NCBI RefSeq assembly: GCF_006345805.1
Contig: NC_043006.1
Coordinates: forward strand, 94,736,001 to 94,800,000
Direction: 5' to 3'
DNA from: Octopus sinensis
Lineage: Eukaryota
Length of the DNA stretch: 64,000 nucleotides
Shown in pieces: positions 52,570 through 64,000 of this stretch. Position 1 is the first letter of the stretch, and each line of letters opens with the position of its first letter. The notes under the pieces are model-generated. The model worked only from the letters and a program-made list of their open reading frames with translations, had not been told where the DNA came from and ran no database searches. The position numbers and the translations under genes are program-made.

Positions 52570-53927
52570 TGCAGACTGGAGAACAGCGATAATCTGCCCA
52601 ATTTTCAAGAAAGGGAGCCGCGAAGACCCGCTTAACTACCGACCGGTTTCCCTTACATCAATAATCAGCAAGATGTTCGAAACCATCCTTAAGAAAAGTA
52701 TGATGCTCCACTCCTAACCACAGCCTCGATCACTGATTCCCACACGGCTTCGTGCCGAAGAGATCATGCTTGACCAACCTTACTAGTAATGGGAAGAATT
52801 GTGACGCGCATCCTCGATGATAGTGATGCTGTTGACATCGTTTTATTGGACTTTGCCAAAGCTTTTGACTCGGTAAACCACCGCCTACTACTTGTCAAGC
52901 TTCAAGCATATAGTTGCATCCGGATATTGTACGATGAGTTGGTGCCTTCCTCTCAGATCGCTCCTCCAAGTTCAAGTTAATGGTTCGCGGTCCGACGTCT
53001 CCAGTGCGAGCAGTGGCGTGCCTCAAGTTCAGTGCTTGGGCCCCTTGTTGTTCTTAGTCTTCATAAATGACTGCCCGACGACCTCACGCAACACACTCTT
53101 CTATTTGCCGACGATATCAAACTGGTCGCTCTCGCGGTAGTATAGAGGATCTTCGTCGATGCCTCCACCAAATTTGGAAGTGGTCTAACGATTGGGACCT
53201 GTGTCTGAACGTGTCAAAGTGCTGTCATCTGCCTGTCGGCTCTACTCCTGCAACTCAACTTGATTTCGAGCCGGTCGTCCTGCTGCTGGAGAGGACCGAT
53301 CAGGTAAAGGACCTGGGTATCTTGGTGGATTCCTCCTTTTCGCCTTCGGCCCAGTGCGTCCATGCTGCCACAAAGCGCGCGGATTCTGTTTTTGATTCGA
53401 CGGTCATTCGAATGCTCACAGCAGCCATATTCCTGCCCACTCTATGTCACGCTGGTGATACCCATATTGGAGTATGGGATTCAAGCCTCTTCTCCTTATC
53501 TCCTCAAAGACATACAGCACCTCGAAAGAGTCCAGAGGCTGGCTACCCGCATGGTTCATGGTCTCAAAAATTTGTCCTACGAAGAAAGGCTGAGGACGCT
53601 CGACCTTTATCTCTCTTGAAAACGCCGCCGCCGTGGGGATCTCATTCTCGCCCACAACATCATAAGCGGGAAGTGTAACTCTCGAAGAGCTGTTCTTCAC
53701 TCCTGCTCCGGAGCGTCGGCTGCGGGGTCATTCCGAAAGCTCTACCTGCGACGATTTCATCTCAATCGAAGGAGAGGAGCTTTCTCCGTCCGGGTTGCAG
53801 ATCCGTGGAACAAGCTGCCAGACGAGATGGTGAAGATGCCGACGACCGCTTTGTTCAAAGCCTCCCTGGACCTCAAGTGGCCTGAACTCTTTACATGAAC
53901 ACCACCCTGTACTTAACTCCATGTCCC

Positions 53928-53928
<1 letters not shown>
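52570..53928 (+). mobile_element. 5'-truncated CR1-type LINE (RT domain), frameshifted, followed by (CTAA)n to ~54046
   Basis: DWRTAIICPIFKKG..NYRPVSLTS, LDFAKAFDSVNH, SGVPQ, LFADDIK and LERVQRLATRMV..YEERL. Confidence 0.92.
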
Positions 53929-53987
<59 letters not shown>

Positions 53988-54000
53988 ATAACTAACTAAC

Positions 54001-54035
<35 letters not shown>

Positions 54036-54405
54036 ATAACTAACTAACACACACATGTACAAATACATTATATCCATGATCTAAGGATCCATCTAGCTAC
54101 TCGTGTGCACAGTGTTTACATCCTGGCAATATGCACATAGAATGTTGCATCACTACTCATGTGGATTCCCAGACTACACACCGATTCTAAATCTGGGAAT
54201 ACCCTACCCCCTCGTCCTATGTATTCCGGTTGTGGTCTGTTTGCGCTCCGATAGCAGAGTACTTGAAACTTATCAGCATTGAGCTGCATGCGATATATGC
54301 ATGTATTTATGAATATTTTTTATTAATATTTTGCAGACGCAGCAGAGTTGCTTTACTAAATGATACTCTGTTGCTTCTTCTATATATATATATACATATA
54401 CATAA

Positions 54406-54453
<48 letters not shown>

Positions 54454-55431
54454 GTTGTTATGTTGTTGTTGTTGTTGTTGTTGTTATTGTTGTTGTTGTT
54501 GTTGTTGTTATTATAATTATTATTATTATTATTAATACCGATACAGTGAACGTTGGTTTATGTCTCTTTGTTGTAGCTTTTTTGAAGTCAGTATTTAATC
54601 CTGCCTAAATTTTGACTGATTGAAATAATGTGGTTATTCAGTTTTTAACTTTACATTATACCGCGGAAGACGGTAGGGATTATAATTTTTGCATGAATTA
54701 AGAGTGTTGTCGCTGTTTGGTTACGTATTTAGGAGTGGTAGTCATTTACTTATGGAATTTATCAACACGGTTGTACATAGGCTTCAAAGTTGTAGTTTCT
54801 TTGCTTTGTTTGTTCCCAAACAACACTTATTTCAGTTCTGTTGATGCCACCGGATTGAATGGTACTGCCCAGTTGTCGAAACCATAGTGATATCTGTTTG
54901 GCAGCCGATGAAGGGGGTATGTTGACTTGTTGGCATGGCTGTTTTGTATATGTGGAATAGTGTTATTGGAATGTTGGTATGGCTATGGAATATTATTATA
55001 ACATATCATTTGGAAATATATATATATATGGGGAAGGTGTACAGACATATATCTATTATTAAATATATACATTCATGCATAAATATATACGCACACACAT
55101 TTATATATCCGTGTACATATACATATAGTGATGGGGAGAATGAAAGTGAGAGAGAGAGGGTGCTAGAGTATTTCTATATCGACAATGGATATTCTAGTTA
55201 TAGTAGAACATAATATTTGCAGATGTTCCGCGTATAATGTCAAAATACGATTTCCGGACATGTACAACCTTTGCAACGGAGAAATAAATCATATCTTGTT
55301 TTGATTTTTCAGCCTGTTATATACTTTACATTTGCTTTTCTTTTTTTGTTTCTCATATATCTGAATACATAATTTAAATCGCATCGTCATAAACGTTCTG
55401 TACATCTATTAATCTCTCTCTCTCTCTCTCC

Positions 55432-55535
<104 letters not shown>

Positions 55536-55548
55536 ATCTATATCTGTC

Positions 55549-55584
<36 letters not shown>

Positions 55585-55853
55585 TCTATCTATCTATCTA
55601 TCCCTTTTTTTTTCTATTTGTTTACAATCTGTCAACCTATCCACACATAATACAAGCCATGTATCTATCCAGGTATATATTACTCTATCCATTACATTAA
55701 AGCTTTAAATACCTACTTACACATTCATCTCATAGGCACAAAACAGGAGCACCGTATACATTCGTTCGTATATACATAAACATACACACACCCACACACA
55801 TATTTGTGTATGTATGTATATGTCTACTTATATATACATACACACACACACAA

Positions 55854-55892
<39 letters not shown>

Positions 55893-55894
55893 CA

Positions 55895-55936
<42 letters not shown>

Positions 55937-55957
55937 ATATGTATGTATACATGCTTT

Positions 55958-56290
55958 ATATTTTACTCATTTACTCGATTCAGCTATGCGGGTGCGAACA
56001 CGCTGGGGCACCACTGTGGTCTTTCTGATTTCTTCAGTCGGTGGTGTTTCACATCACTACTCCTGTACGTAACTTTGTTCCAGCTGTTGGCCCATTTACT
56101 GAATAAGCGGAGTTGGTTTCCGCAGCCTTGTCTGCACCTAATGTCGGGCTGTTTATTCATACAGTAATGTAGGGAGAAATATGTCTAGTTCCTTTTTGAA
56201 GACATCTGCTTCCAACTTATATAGTATTTTTTGGCAGGGATTTGAAGATATGTGCGCCCTTAGCCCCTAGACTACTGCAGTACCGGGTAT
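55958..56290 (-). mobile_element. 3' end of a CR1/L2-group LINE (relative of 29322-30405)
   Basis: [12 protein letters not shown]-like coding end plus the gtggtgccccagcgtg..ctgaa tail. Confidence 0.7.
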
Positions 56291-56414
56291 TTGTATATAT
56301 AATATATATATATACATATACATATATATATATGTATATGTATATGTACAAGTATGTATATATATATATCAGTATATATCAATATATATCATATATATAT
56401 ATATGCATATATAT

Positions 56415-56460
<46 letters not shown>

Positions 56461-58400
56461 TACAAAATTAGAAAATGGAGAATATACTTAAATCAAATCA
56501 AACATCAACCATCAGATGATACCCAATCAATACTTTATTACACTATTACATAACAGTAAAGGCATTATACAAAATATATTGTAAATATAATTAGACAAGG
56601 AAATAGAAATATAATATATAATTATATCATATCTGACAGCTGTTTCGGCCGTAAGGGCAAGCATGCCTCATTTAGCCTATAAGCCATATAAGGCAGGTAT
56701 AAATGAGACATTAGCAAGGATGCCCCACGGCCTCTTCAGAGAATTTAATTTATTATAAGTGTGAAAAAAATTTTTTTATACATAGCGGTGCCCCAGCATG
56801 GCCACAGCTCATTAGCTGAAACTGGAAAAATCAAAATCAAAATCATAAATATAAAAATATAAAATATAAAAACGTGTGCATAGACACTCATAATACTACA
56901 CATATATATACTCATTAATACAATAATACAAAATAAACAAAACAAAATATATCAATATATATTAACAAAAACAGTTATTCTACATATTGGGCTACTATTT
57001 CCAAAAACTAACCTACAGGAAAATATATGCACACTCACATTTAAATTTAAATCAGACCTATACATAAAAAATAATAAAAAAACACACAGTTCAGTTCATA
57101 AAATTATAAACCTATAAAAGTCAATAAAAATTACTATTAATTTAATAATAATAATAATAATAAATAATAATAATAATATAATAATAATAATATAATAATA
57201 ATAATAAATGCAATTATGTCTGTACCAAGTACACATCAATCGGACATCTGCATATCTATGAGTCTGATTATTCTGTCCGCTTGATATTGATTATTCTAGA
57301 TTAATTCGATTGGCTTATAGTTTAAAATTGAATCACAAAAGAAATTTTACGGTGTTTAGTCAAGAAACGCACATAACGCACACGCACATCCACAGATCAA
57401 TCGCACATACATACATAATTATATGTATACACACCACATACACTCATACACATACATATCCACAAACACCGTCAAACACATAAATAAATAAATAATAAAA
57501 GAGGTATAATCGTAGCTATATAGCCATCCAGCCTCTCTAAAACGACAACAATGCCACTAAATTAACTAAGAAGATCCACTCACATATTTCCATAAAATAT
57601 TTGTTATAAAGATACATATATTTATATATCAAGACATAGAATGTAATTCTTCGTAGGGTACACACAGCATATGACACCGTTTTTTCTGTAGTCATAGTAT
57701 TATATAACATAACGTTTACTGATTTCACCGTAATTTGCTATAATCACATGTACGCTAAGTTATAAAGTATAGATTAATTCTTTATAGTATAAATATATAT
57801 CTTTTCTACTTAATATATCCAATGCCAATATAATATTAATATTTATCCATCAAAGAACCTAAGCTACGAACTAATAGAATTACACTCAAATATACATGCC
57901 CATAATAATACTCATGTATAGCAGCAGATATACACAAACGCACCGTCTATTTTCATATGTGACTCGCGAGAAAACATTCATAGTACTTATATATAAATAT
58001 ACTTTTAAGCATCCGTGGACACATAGCTACAAATGTAATAATTAACAAGATTTGGCATTAAATAATATCAGTGGGGGACTTACCAATACAATGGTATATA
58101 AGTAAATAACAGAAATTAAATTAATTATAAGTTAATAAATTGTAATTACTTAAGATTAAAATGTGATAAAATAAATAAGAAGAAATAATTAAAATTACAT
58201 ACAGAGTATAAGCACAAACTAGTATACATGTATCCATATATTATTAAAATAAATAATTGATATGTATGTATATATCTACATTAAATAAGTAAATAAATAA
58301 ATAGTAAATGACTAATAAAATATAGATACCATAAAAAAAATTCAATAAATACATCGGTTATTGATAATATATGCAAATCAAGATATTATTTATATTGATA
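56461..58400 (-). mobile_element. PLE-type 3' region with a hammerhead; right boundary uncertain
   Basis: The 3' end abuts (TA)n at ~56460; AT-rich non-coding body; LINE-tail fragment at ~56785-56830. Confidence 0.5.
56632..56742 (-). ncRNA. Type I hammerhead ribozyme with a long stem II
   Basis: tct-CTGAAGA-ggccgt..acggcc-GAAA-cagctg-TC-aga. Confidence 0.85.
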
Positions 58401-58429
58401 TATATTGATATATATATAATTGATATATA

Positions 58430-58465
<36 letters not shown>

Positions 58466-58872
58466 ATATATATATATATATATTATATATAGATAGAAAA
58501 AGGTTTGAAAATGCAATTTTAAAAGATGTTTATTTATTTTACCGATTTCACTCTTTGGAAAAAGATTGTCAAAAGTAACATCTAGAAGTTTGGTTGCATT
58601 AATGATTGGTTGTTACAAAATGCTCACATTACATATATACAGTCTTTGGTAAGAAGGACATGTTAAGGACAAAAAAGTTTAACAAGTTCCTTAAAATATT
58701 GGGCACAAAAGATTACAACATAAATAATCATTCTCAAGAACATGTTAAAGATAGTTTCCAGCAGGAATTATTAAAAAGTTCAGTGAGAAGTTGGTATTGT
58801 ATCTGTATATTCAAACACGCACAGATTATTGGTTGACACAGAGTACTACAATACATATATATACATTCTTTG

Positions 58873-59207
58873 GTCATTAAATTCTGGCTGGATGAATATC
58901 CCAATGAGATCCCGGAAAGAATAAAAAAAGAATTCATCATTGAGGGCCTCAAATTTATTCTGCAAAACAACTTTATGAATTTTAATAACAACACTTACAG
59001 ACAGGTTTCAGGAACTGCAATGGGTACGAAAGCTGTTCCTACCTAAGAAAACCTTGGTGATGGCCTACCTGGAATCACATCTTTATGAAAAATCCAAATA
59101 TAAGTACAGCCAGTCTTTCCACAAATACCTGTTGGAGAACTGGAAACGCTAGATGATTGCCTCATCCTATGGTCCCGCACACTCGACCAACTTATTGACT
59201 TCAAAAA
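58873..59207 (+). pseudogene. Penelope-like reverse transcriptase fragment
   Basis: FILQNNFMNFNNNTYRQVSGTAMGTKAVPT*ENL/VMAYLE..NWKR/LDDCLILW matches the PLE RT motifs QxxGxAMG..PxYANLxM and WxRYxDD. Confidence 0.88.
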
Positions 59208-59960
59208 CCAAGACAATCACACACACGATTGACAAACGGGCACACATATACACACACTAGCCTACCAAATTTCTAAAAAAAACACACATCTATTTACGCC
59301 ACAATGGACCCTGGGACCATTCAAAAACAGCCACACACAAACACATGTATACATATACACACACAAAGACACATACACTCACACCATATATACGCACACA
59401 CACAAACACATACTCAATACCAACACACACAAAACGCCTATACACACACGCCACACAGATACACCTAACAGACATGGACACACATACGAACAAACACATA
59501 CACATTAACGCACACGCAACACACTAACAAACATTAACTACACACATACACACACACACACAAACGGGCACACATATACACACACCATCCTACCAAATTT
59601 TAAAAAACACACATATATTTACACCACAATGAACCTCAGGACCAATCAAAAACAGCCCCCCACATCAAACACATGTATACATATATATATACACACACAC
59701 AAAGACACACACACTCACACCATTCTGACATCCATACAGACACACATATACACACGCAGCACCATGCCAAATGCCATCCACACACATACATACACACCAC
59801 ATACACACACACACAGCATCAAGACAATCACACACGGGGTTGACAAACGGGTACACATATACACACACCATCCTACCAGATTTTACAAACACAGACACAT
59901 CTATTCACACCACATATGTATATACACACACACAAAGACACACACACTCAAACCATCCTG
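59208..59960 (+). repeat. CA-rich region with three imperfect direct repeats
   Basis: acaaacggg(c/t)acacatatacacacac..cctacca recurs at ~59232, ~59560 and ~59843. Confidence 0.75.
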
Positions 59961-60712
59961 ACCTCTAAAGCCAATCCCCCAAATCATTGATGCTTGAAGG
60001 AGAGACAAAAAGGAGAAATTCTTTTCAGTTCCACATTACTCGTCCTTCCCCCCCCCCAAAACACCTACAGTGTCTTTGAAATAGATAATATTCTTTTACG
60101 TTAATATGGTGGACAGGTCAGTTTTAGCTTCCCTACTATTATAATGTAAACCTTCTGGAACACATAATATTCTGTGCGTGTATAAAAATATTCCACCGAA
60201 CTTTTTAATAATTCCTTCTGGAAATAATCTTGAGAATGTATATACTTGTTGTAATCTTTTGTGCCCAATATTTCAATGAACTTGTTAAACTTTTTTATGT
60301 TCTTAACATGCTCTTGCCACCAAAGATTGAATATATATGTATTGTAGTACTCTATGTCAACCAATATTCTGTGCGTGTTTGAATATACAGATACAATAGC
60401 AACATCCCACTGAACCTTCTAATAATTCCTTCTGGAAACTATCTTTAACATGTTCTTGAGAATGATTATTTTTGTTGTAATCTTTTGTGCCCAATATTTT
60501 AAGGAACTTGTTAAACTTTTTTATGTCCTTAACATATATATGTAATGTAGCATTTTGTAACAACCAATTATTAATGCAACCAATCTTCTACATGTTGCTT
60601 TTGACAATCTTTTTCCAAAGGGTGAAACCGGTAAACATCTTTTAAACTTGCATTTTCAAACCTTCTTTCGTATATAATTCCACTCGTGCGGTATCCTACA
60701 AATCCACTTTGT

Positions 60713-60744
<32 letters not shown>

Positions 60745-60879
60745 ATATACACAATTAGGCACATGTGCGCATGTACGTTTATGTATATGATGTATACATG
60801 TATACCTGTGTGTGTGTGTGTGGGCGCGCGCGTGCACAGTACCAACGGTTCCACCCTCTCACTCGAATATACGAAGCCA

Positions 60880-61160
60880 ACATTTTAATAGCTTGGGATT
60901 CAAAGGGCCTTTAACTTTTTAATGCCCTACCACAGAACAACAGGGATCTGCAAGGTGTAGATACGGAAGTCTTCAAAAAACGTCTGGAGAAACTTTTCCC
61001 TGCAATACCAGATGAACTCACATCGTGGCAGGAGGCACAAACAAGAGCAGCAACCCCAACTCGCCACTTCAGCAGAAGCAATACTGGAAAGATTCCCGGA
61101 TATATTAAAGGTGGTGCACCAGCATGGCCTCAGCCTCTGGCTGAAACTCATAAAAGTTAA
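60880..61160 (+). mobile_element. 3' end of a CR1/L2-group LINE
   Basis: DLQGVDTEVFKKRLE..IPDE coding end plus the ggtggtgcaccagcatggcctcagcctctggctgaaac tail. Confidence 0.75.
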
Positions 61161-61234
61161 GCGTCAAAAGATATGTGTGTGTGTGTTTATATATATATAT
61201 ATATATATATATAATAGATAGATAGATAGATAGT

Positions 61235-61268
<34 letters not shown>

Positions 61269-61289
61269 CATTTTTCTGCCTCTACTTAT

Positions 61290-61428
61290 TTCTGTGTTCC
61301 TTTCTATGGAAGTGCGTAGGGTCGAAACGTTAAAGACTTTTTCACTTCCTGCTGGTTAAACTAATACATCTCTTTGTTTCTATATCACCTGTCTTCGTCT
61401 TTTGTTTTTTTTTGTGAATTCTCCCTAT
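61290..61428 (+). mobile_element. Short repeat with a decayed minimal hammerhead (relative at ~28505-28585)
   Basis: ttccttt..gaag(a/t)gcgtag..tcGAAAcgT(A/T)aaa is shared by both copies; the core is mutated. Confidence 0.45.
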
Positions 61429-61436
61429 ATATATAT

Positions 61437-61482
<46 letters not shown>

Positions 61483-63164
61483 AGAGAGAGAGAGAGAATG
61501 TGTGTGTCTCTGTGTTAATCTCTGTGTGTATGTATGTATGTATATATACACGAAACCTTTAGCATATAATTTGTATGAAAGATATGCTATATTTTATATG
61601 TGATAACGGGGAATAATACTGGATTTATAGGTTGACGTGGTTTGAATTTTATTGTAGCCATGATATTACCCCGGAGAACATGAAAGAGAAGGCTCAAAGT
61701 TGATATTGTCATAATGACAGATGCGGAGACGGACGTAGAAACAGATGTGCATACTTACGTAGCCATAATACATACAAACACTGTGTGCATCTACTGTGTA
61801 TGTATCTGCTTATATGCGCATATATATTTCTGTAGGTGTGCTAGCGTACGGGCGTATGTATGTATGTATGTATGTATGTATGTATTTATGTATGTATGTA
61901 TGTATGTTGTATGTATGTATGTATGTATTTATGTATGTATGTATGTATGTATTTATGTATGTATGTATGTATTTATGTATGTATGTATGTATTTATGTAT
62001 GTATGTATGTATGCATGCATGTATGTATGTATGTATGTATGTATGTATGTATGTATGTATTTATGTATGTATGTATGTATGTATGTATGTATGTATGTAT
62101 TTATGTATGTATGTATGTATGTATTTATGTATGTATGTATGTATTTATGTATGTATGTATGTATTCATGTATGTATATATGTATGTATGTATTTATGTAT
62201 GTATGTATGTATGTATGTATGTATGTGTGTATGTATGTATGTGTGTGTGTGTGCGTGTGTGACTGATTACTCTAATATTTTCATGCACTAACCTCCATAA
62301 TACTGTACAATTAAGTGTATAGACGCGTTGAAATGCTTATACATAATGTTCTGTCCATCTCTTAACAATTTATGCTAACAAATATGTGTGTGTGGCTGTA
62401 GGTGTGGCTGTGTGGCTGTGTGGGAGTGTGGATATGGATGTGTGTGTGAAGGTGTGACATGAAAATTTGTTTGCTTTTGTTTATGTATATATGCATATAT
62501 ATGTGCATATATATACACAGATATTTGTCTGTCTATGTATACATGAGTGTGTGTGTATGTATATGCATTTGTGTATGCATGTACGCTTGTATGTATACAT
62601 TTATACATGAATGTGTATGTTTGTGTGTATGCGTATGTGTGTGTGTATGTGTTTTACATCTTTTTGTATCCAAGTACATAAGAATGTGTAGGGTTGGTTG
62701 CGTTCTTCTAACTTTGTCTATTCGCTAACGGGAACATCAGGTTTGATTCTTCATTTTTAGTTCTTCGTATATCAGTCTAATCTCGTGGTTAACACTCTCT
62801 GGGAATATAACTGATCACACATCGTATATTTCATTGCACGTGTTGTCAATATTGCTAATCACTCATTAATGAATCTTTGTGGTACAGAGAAGTCAAACCA
62901 TGCGTTTACAAATAGATTGCTAAATGCTTTTGTACACAGACACAATCCACACACGAATATAATGTATAATAAAATAAGCTCATATATTCACACAAATATT
63001 ATACGTACTTTCAAAATGTATGTTTTAAAAATTGTATCACATTTAAAAATAAACTACTTTGCTTGAACCAATTCTGAGGGAGAAAAGTCACGAGTGTGTT
63101 TATATATATATATATATAAAATATTAGAAAAAAAACACCTTTTATCAATTCAAATTCAAAATGA

Positions 63165-63210
<46 letters not shown>

Positions 63211-63487
63211 GTGGAATTTGATTTAGTATTTCTAAATTGAATTATTTTTCCTTGTAAGTTTGGATTTTATTCCCTCAAATAATAATTATATATATATATA
63301 TATTATATATATAATAAATATTAGGGAATAAATCCAAATTTACAGGGAAAAAATCAGATTTAGGATTAAATCCAATTTTATAGTAAAATATTATAAAATA
63401 TTATTAGAGACAAAACCACTATTTTGCAAAACAAACAAGGAAAGACTTAATCATACATAAAATTTTAATAAATAGTCAAAAAAACCG

Positions 63488-63530
63488 CCACTACAATTGT
63501 TTCTTGTCTTGATCGACAATCTTCAGGTGG
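63488..63530 (-). ncRNA. Type I hammerhead ribozyme
   Basis: ccac-CTGAAGA-ttgtc gatcaa gacaa-GAAA-caattg-TA-gtgg. Confidence 0.92.
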
Positions 63531-63577
63531 ACTTCCAATAAGTCAGTTTCAAATTTTGAAACTGACTTATTGGAAGT

Positions 63578-63620
63578 CCACCTGAAGATTGTCGATCAAG
63601 ACAAGAAACAATTGTAGTGG
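63578..63620 (+). ncRNA. Type I hammerhead ribozyme
   Basis: ccac-CTGAAGA-ttgtc gatcaa gacaa-GAAA-caattg-TA-gtgg. Confidence 0.92.
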
Positions 63621-64000
63621 CGGTTTTTTTGACTATTTATTAAAATTTTATGTATTGATTAAGTCTTTCCTTGTTTGTTTTGCAAAATAGTGGTTTTGTC
63701 TCTAATAATATTTTATATATATATATATATACTTTCTTTCTATCAGCCCTTTCACACTTACTTCGTTCTTTCCACTCTTCTTTCTTTCGTTCTCCTTTTC
63801 TCAAATTTCTTGGTTTTATCTTCATTCTCACCTTCTCTCCTCGTTCACTTCACTCTGTCCCTTTACTTTTTTCTCGTCCCTCCCTAATTATTCTATCCCT
63901 CTGTCTCTACTTCTCTCCTCTCCATGTGACCGGTGTCCGGCCAAGCCTGACCTTTCATTCCTGGTTTGACTACCATCCGTGTAACATCTATATTCTTTTC

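Larger units (their letters stand above)
58497..60710 (+). mobile_element. 5'-truncated, internally deleted Penelope-like retroelement with an inverted terminal copy, in (TA)n
   Basis: 58497-58872 is the reverse complement of ~60318-60665. The RT fragment follows directly. Decayed hammerheads (TTGACAA..GAAA(c/t)cggTA) lie at ~58538-58578 (-) and ~60596-60637 (+). Confidence 0.85.
63315..63718. mobile_element. Young near-perfect palindromic ribozyme element in (TA)n
   Basis: Arms ~63393-63553 and ~63555-63716 are nearly identical with essentially no spacer. The left arm continues to ~63315. Confidence 0.92.

Noticed and set aside
53926-54046. (CTAA)n as an interstitial telomere
   Set aside because: The unit is TTAG, not TTAGGG or TTAGG, and it directly follows a LINE 3' end.

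Overview
AT-rich, microsatellite-saturated eukaryotic intergenic or intronic DNA. The repeat families are most consistent with an octopus or other cephalopod genome (inference). No intact host gene is supportable; nearly all ORF-track entries are translated microsatellites. Recognisable content: tRNA-derived SINEs (CORE-like and Meta-domain types); decayed LINEs (R4/Dong-type inside (TAA)n, CR1/L2-group, RTE); two gag/ORF1-only relics; a Tc1/mariner (maT-like) transposase relic; mariner, hAT and other MITEs; non-autonomous Helitrons; and one 100-N gap. The standout is a recurring class of non-coding elements inserted in (TA)n tracts, from about ten sequence families. They are built as inverted and/or head-to-tail repeats and carry minimal type I hammerhead ribozymes (stem I-CUGANGA-stem II-GAAA-palindromic stem III-UH). 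By hand I found about 16 cores with all catalytic nucleotides intact, plus several decayed ones. One locus (24043-25761) has tandem ~594-nt ORF-less monomers, one ribozyme each, which is retrozyme-like. Another (58497-60710) links the same architecture to a Penelope-like reverse transcriptase remnant. Together these suggest a Penelope-dependent, ribozyme-bearing, non-autonomous element system. Boundaries were read by eye and are approximate.
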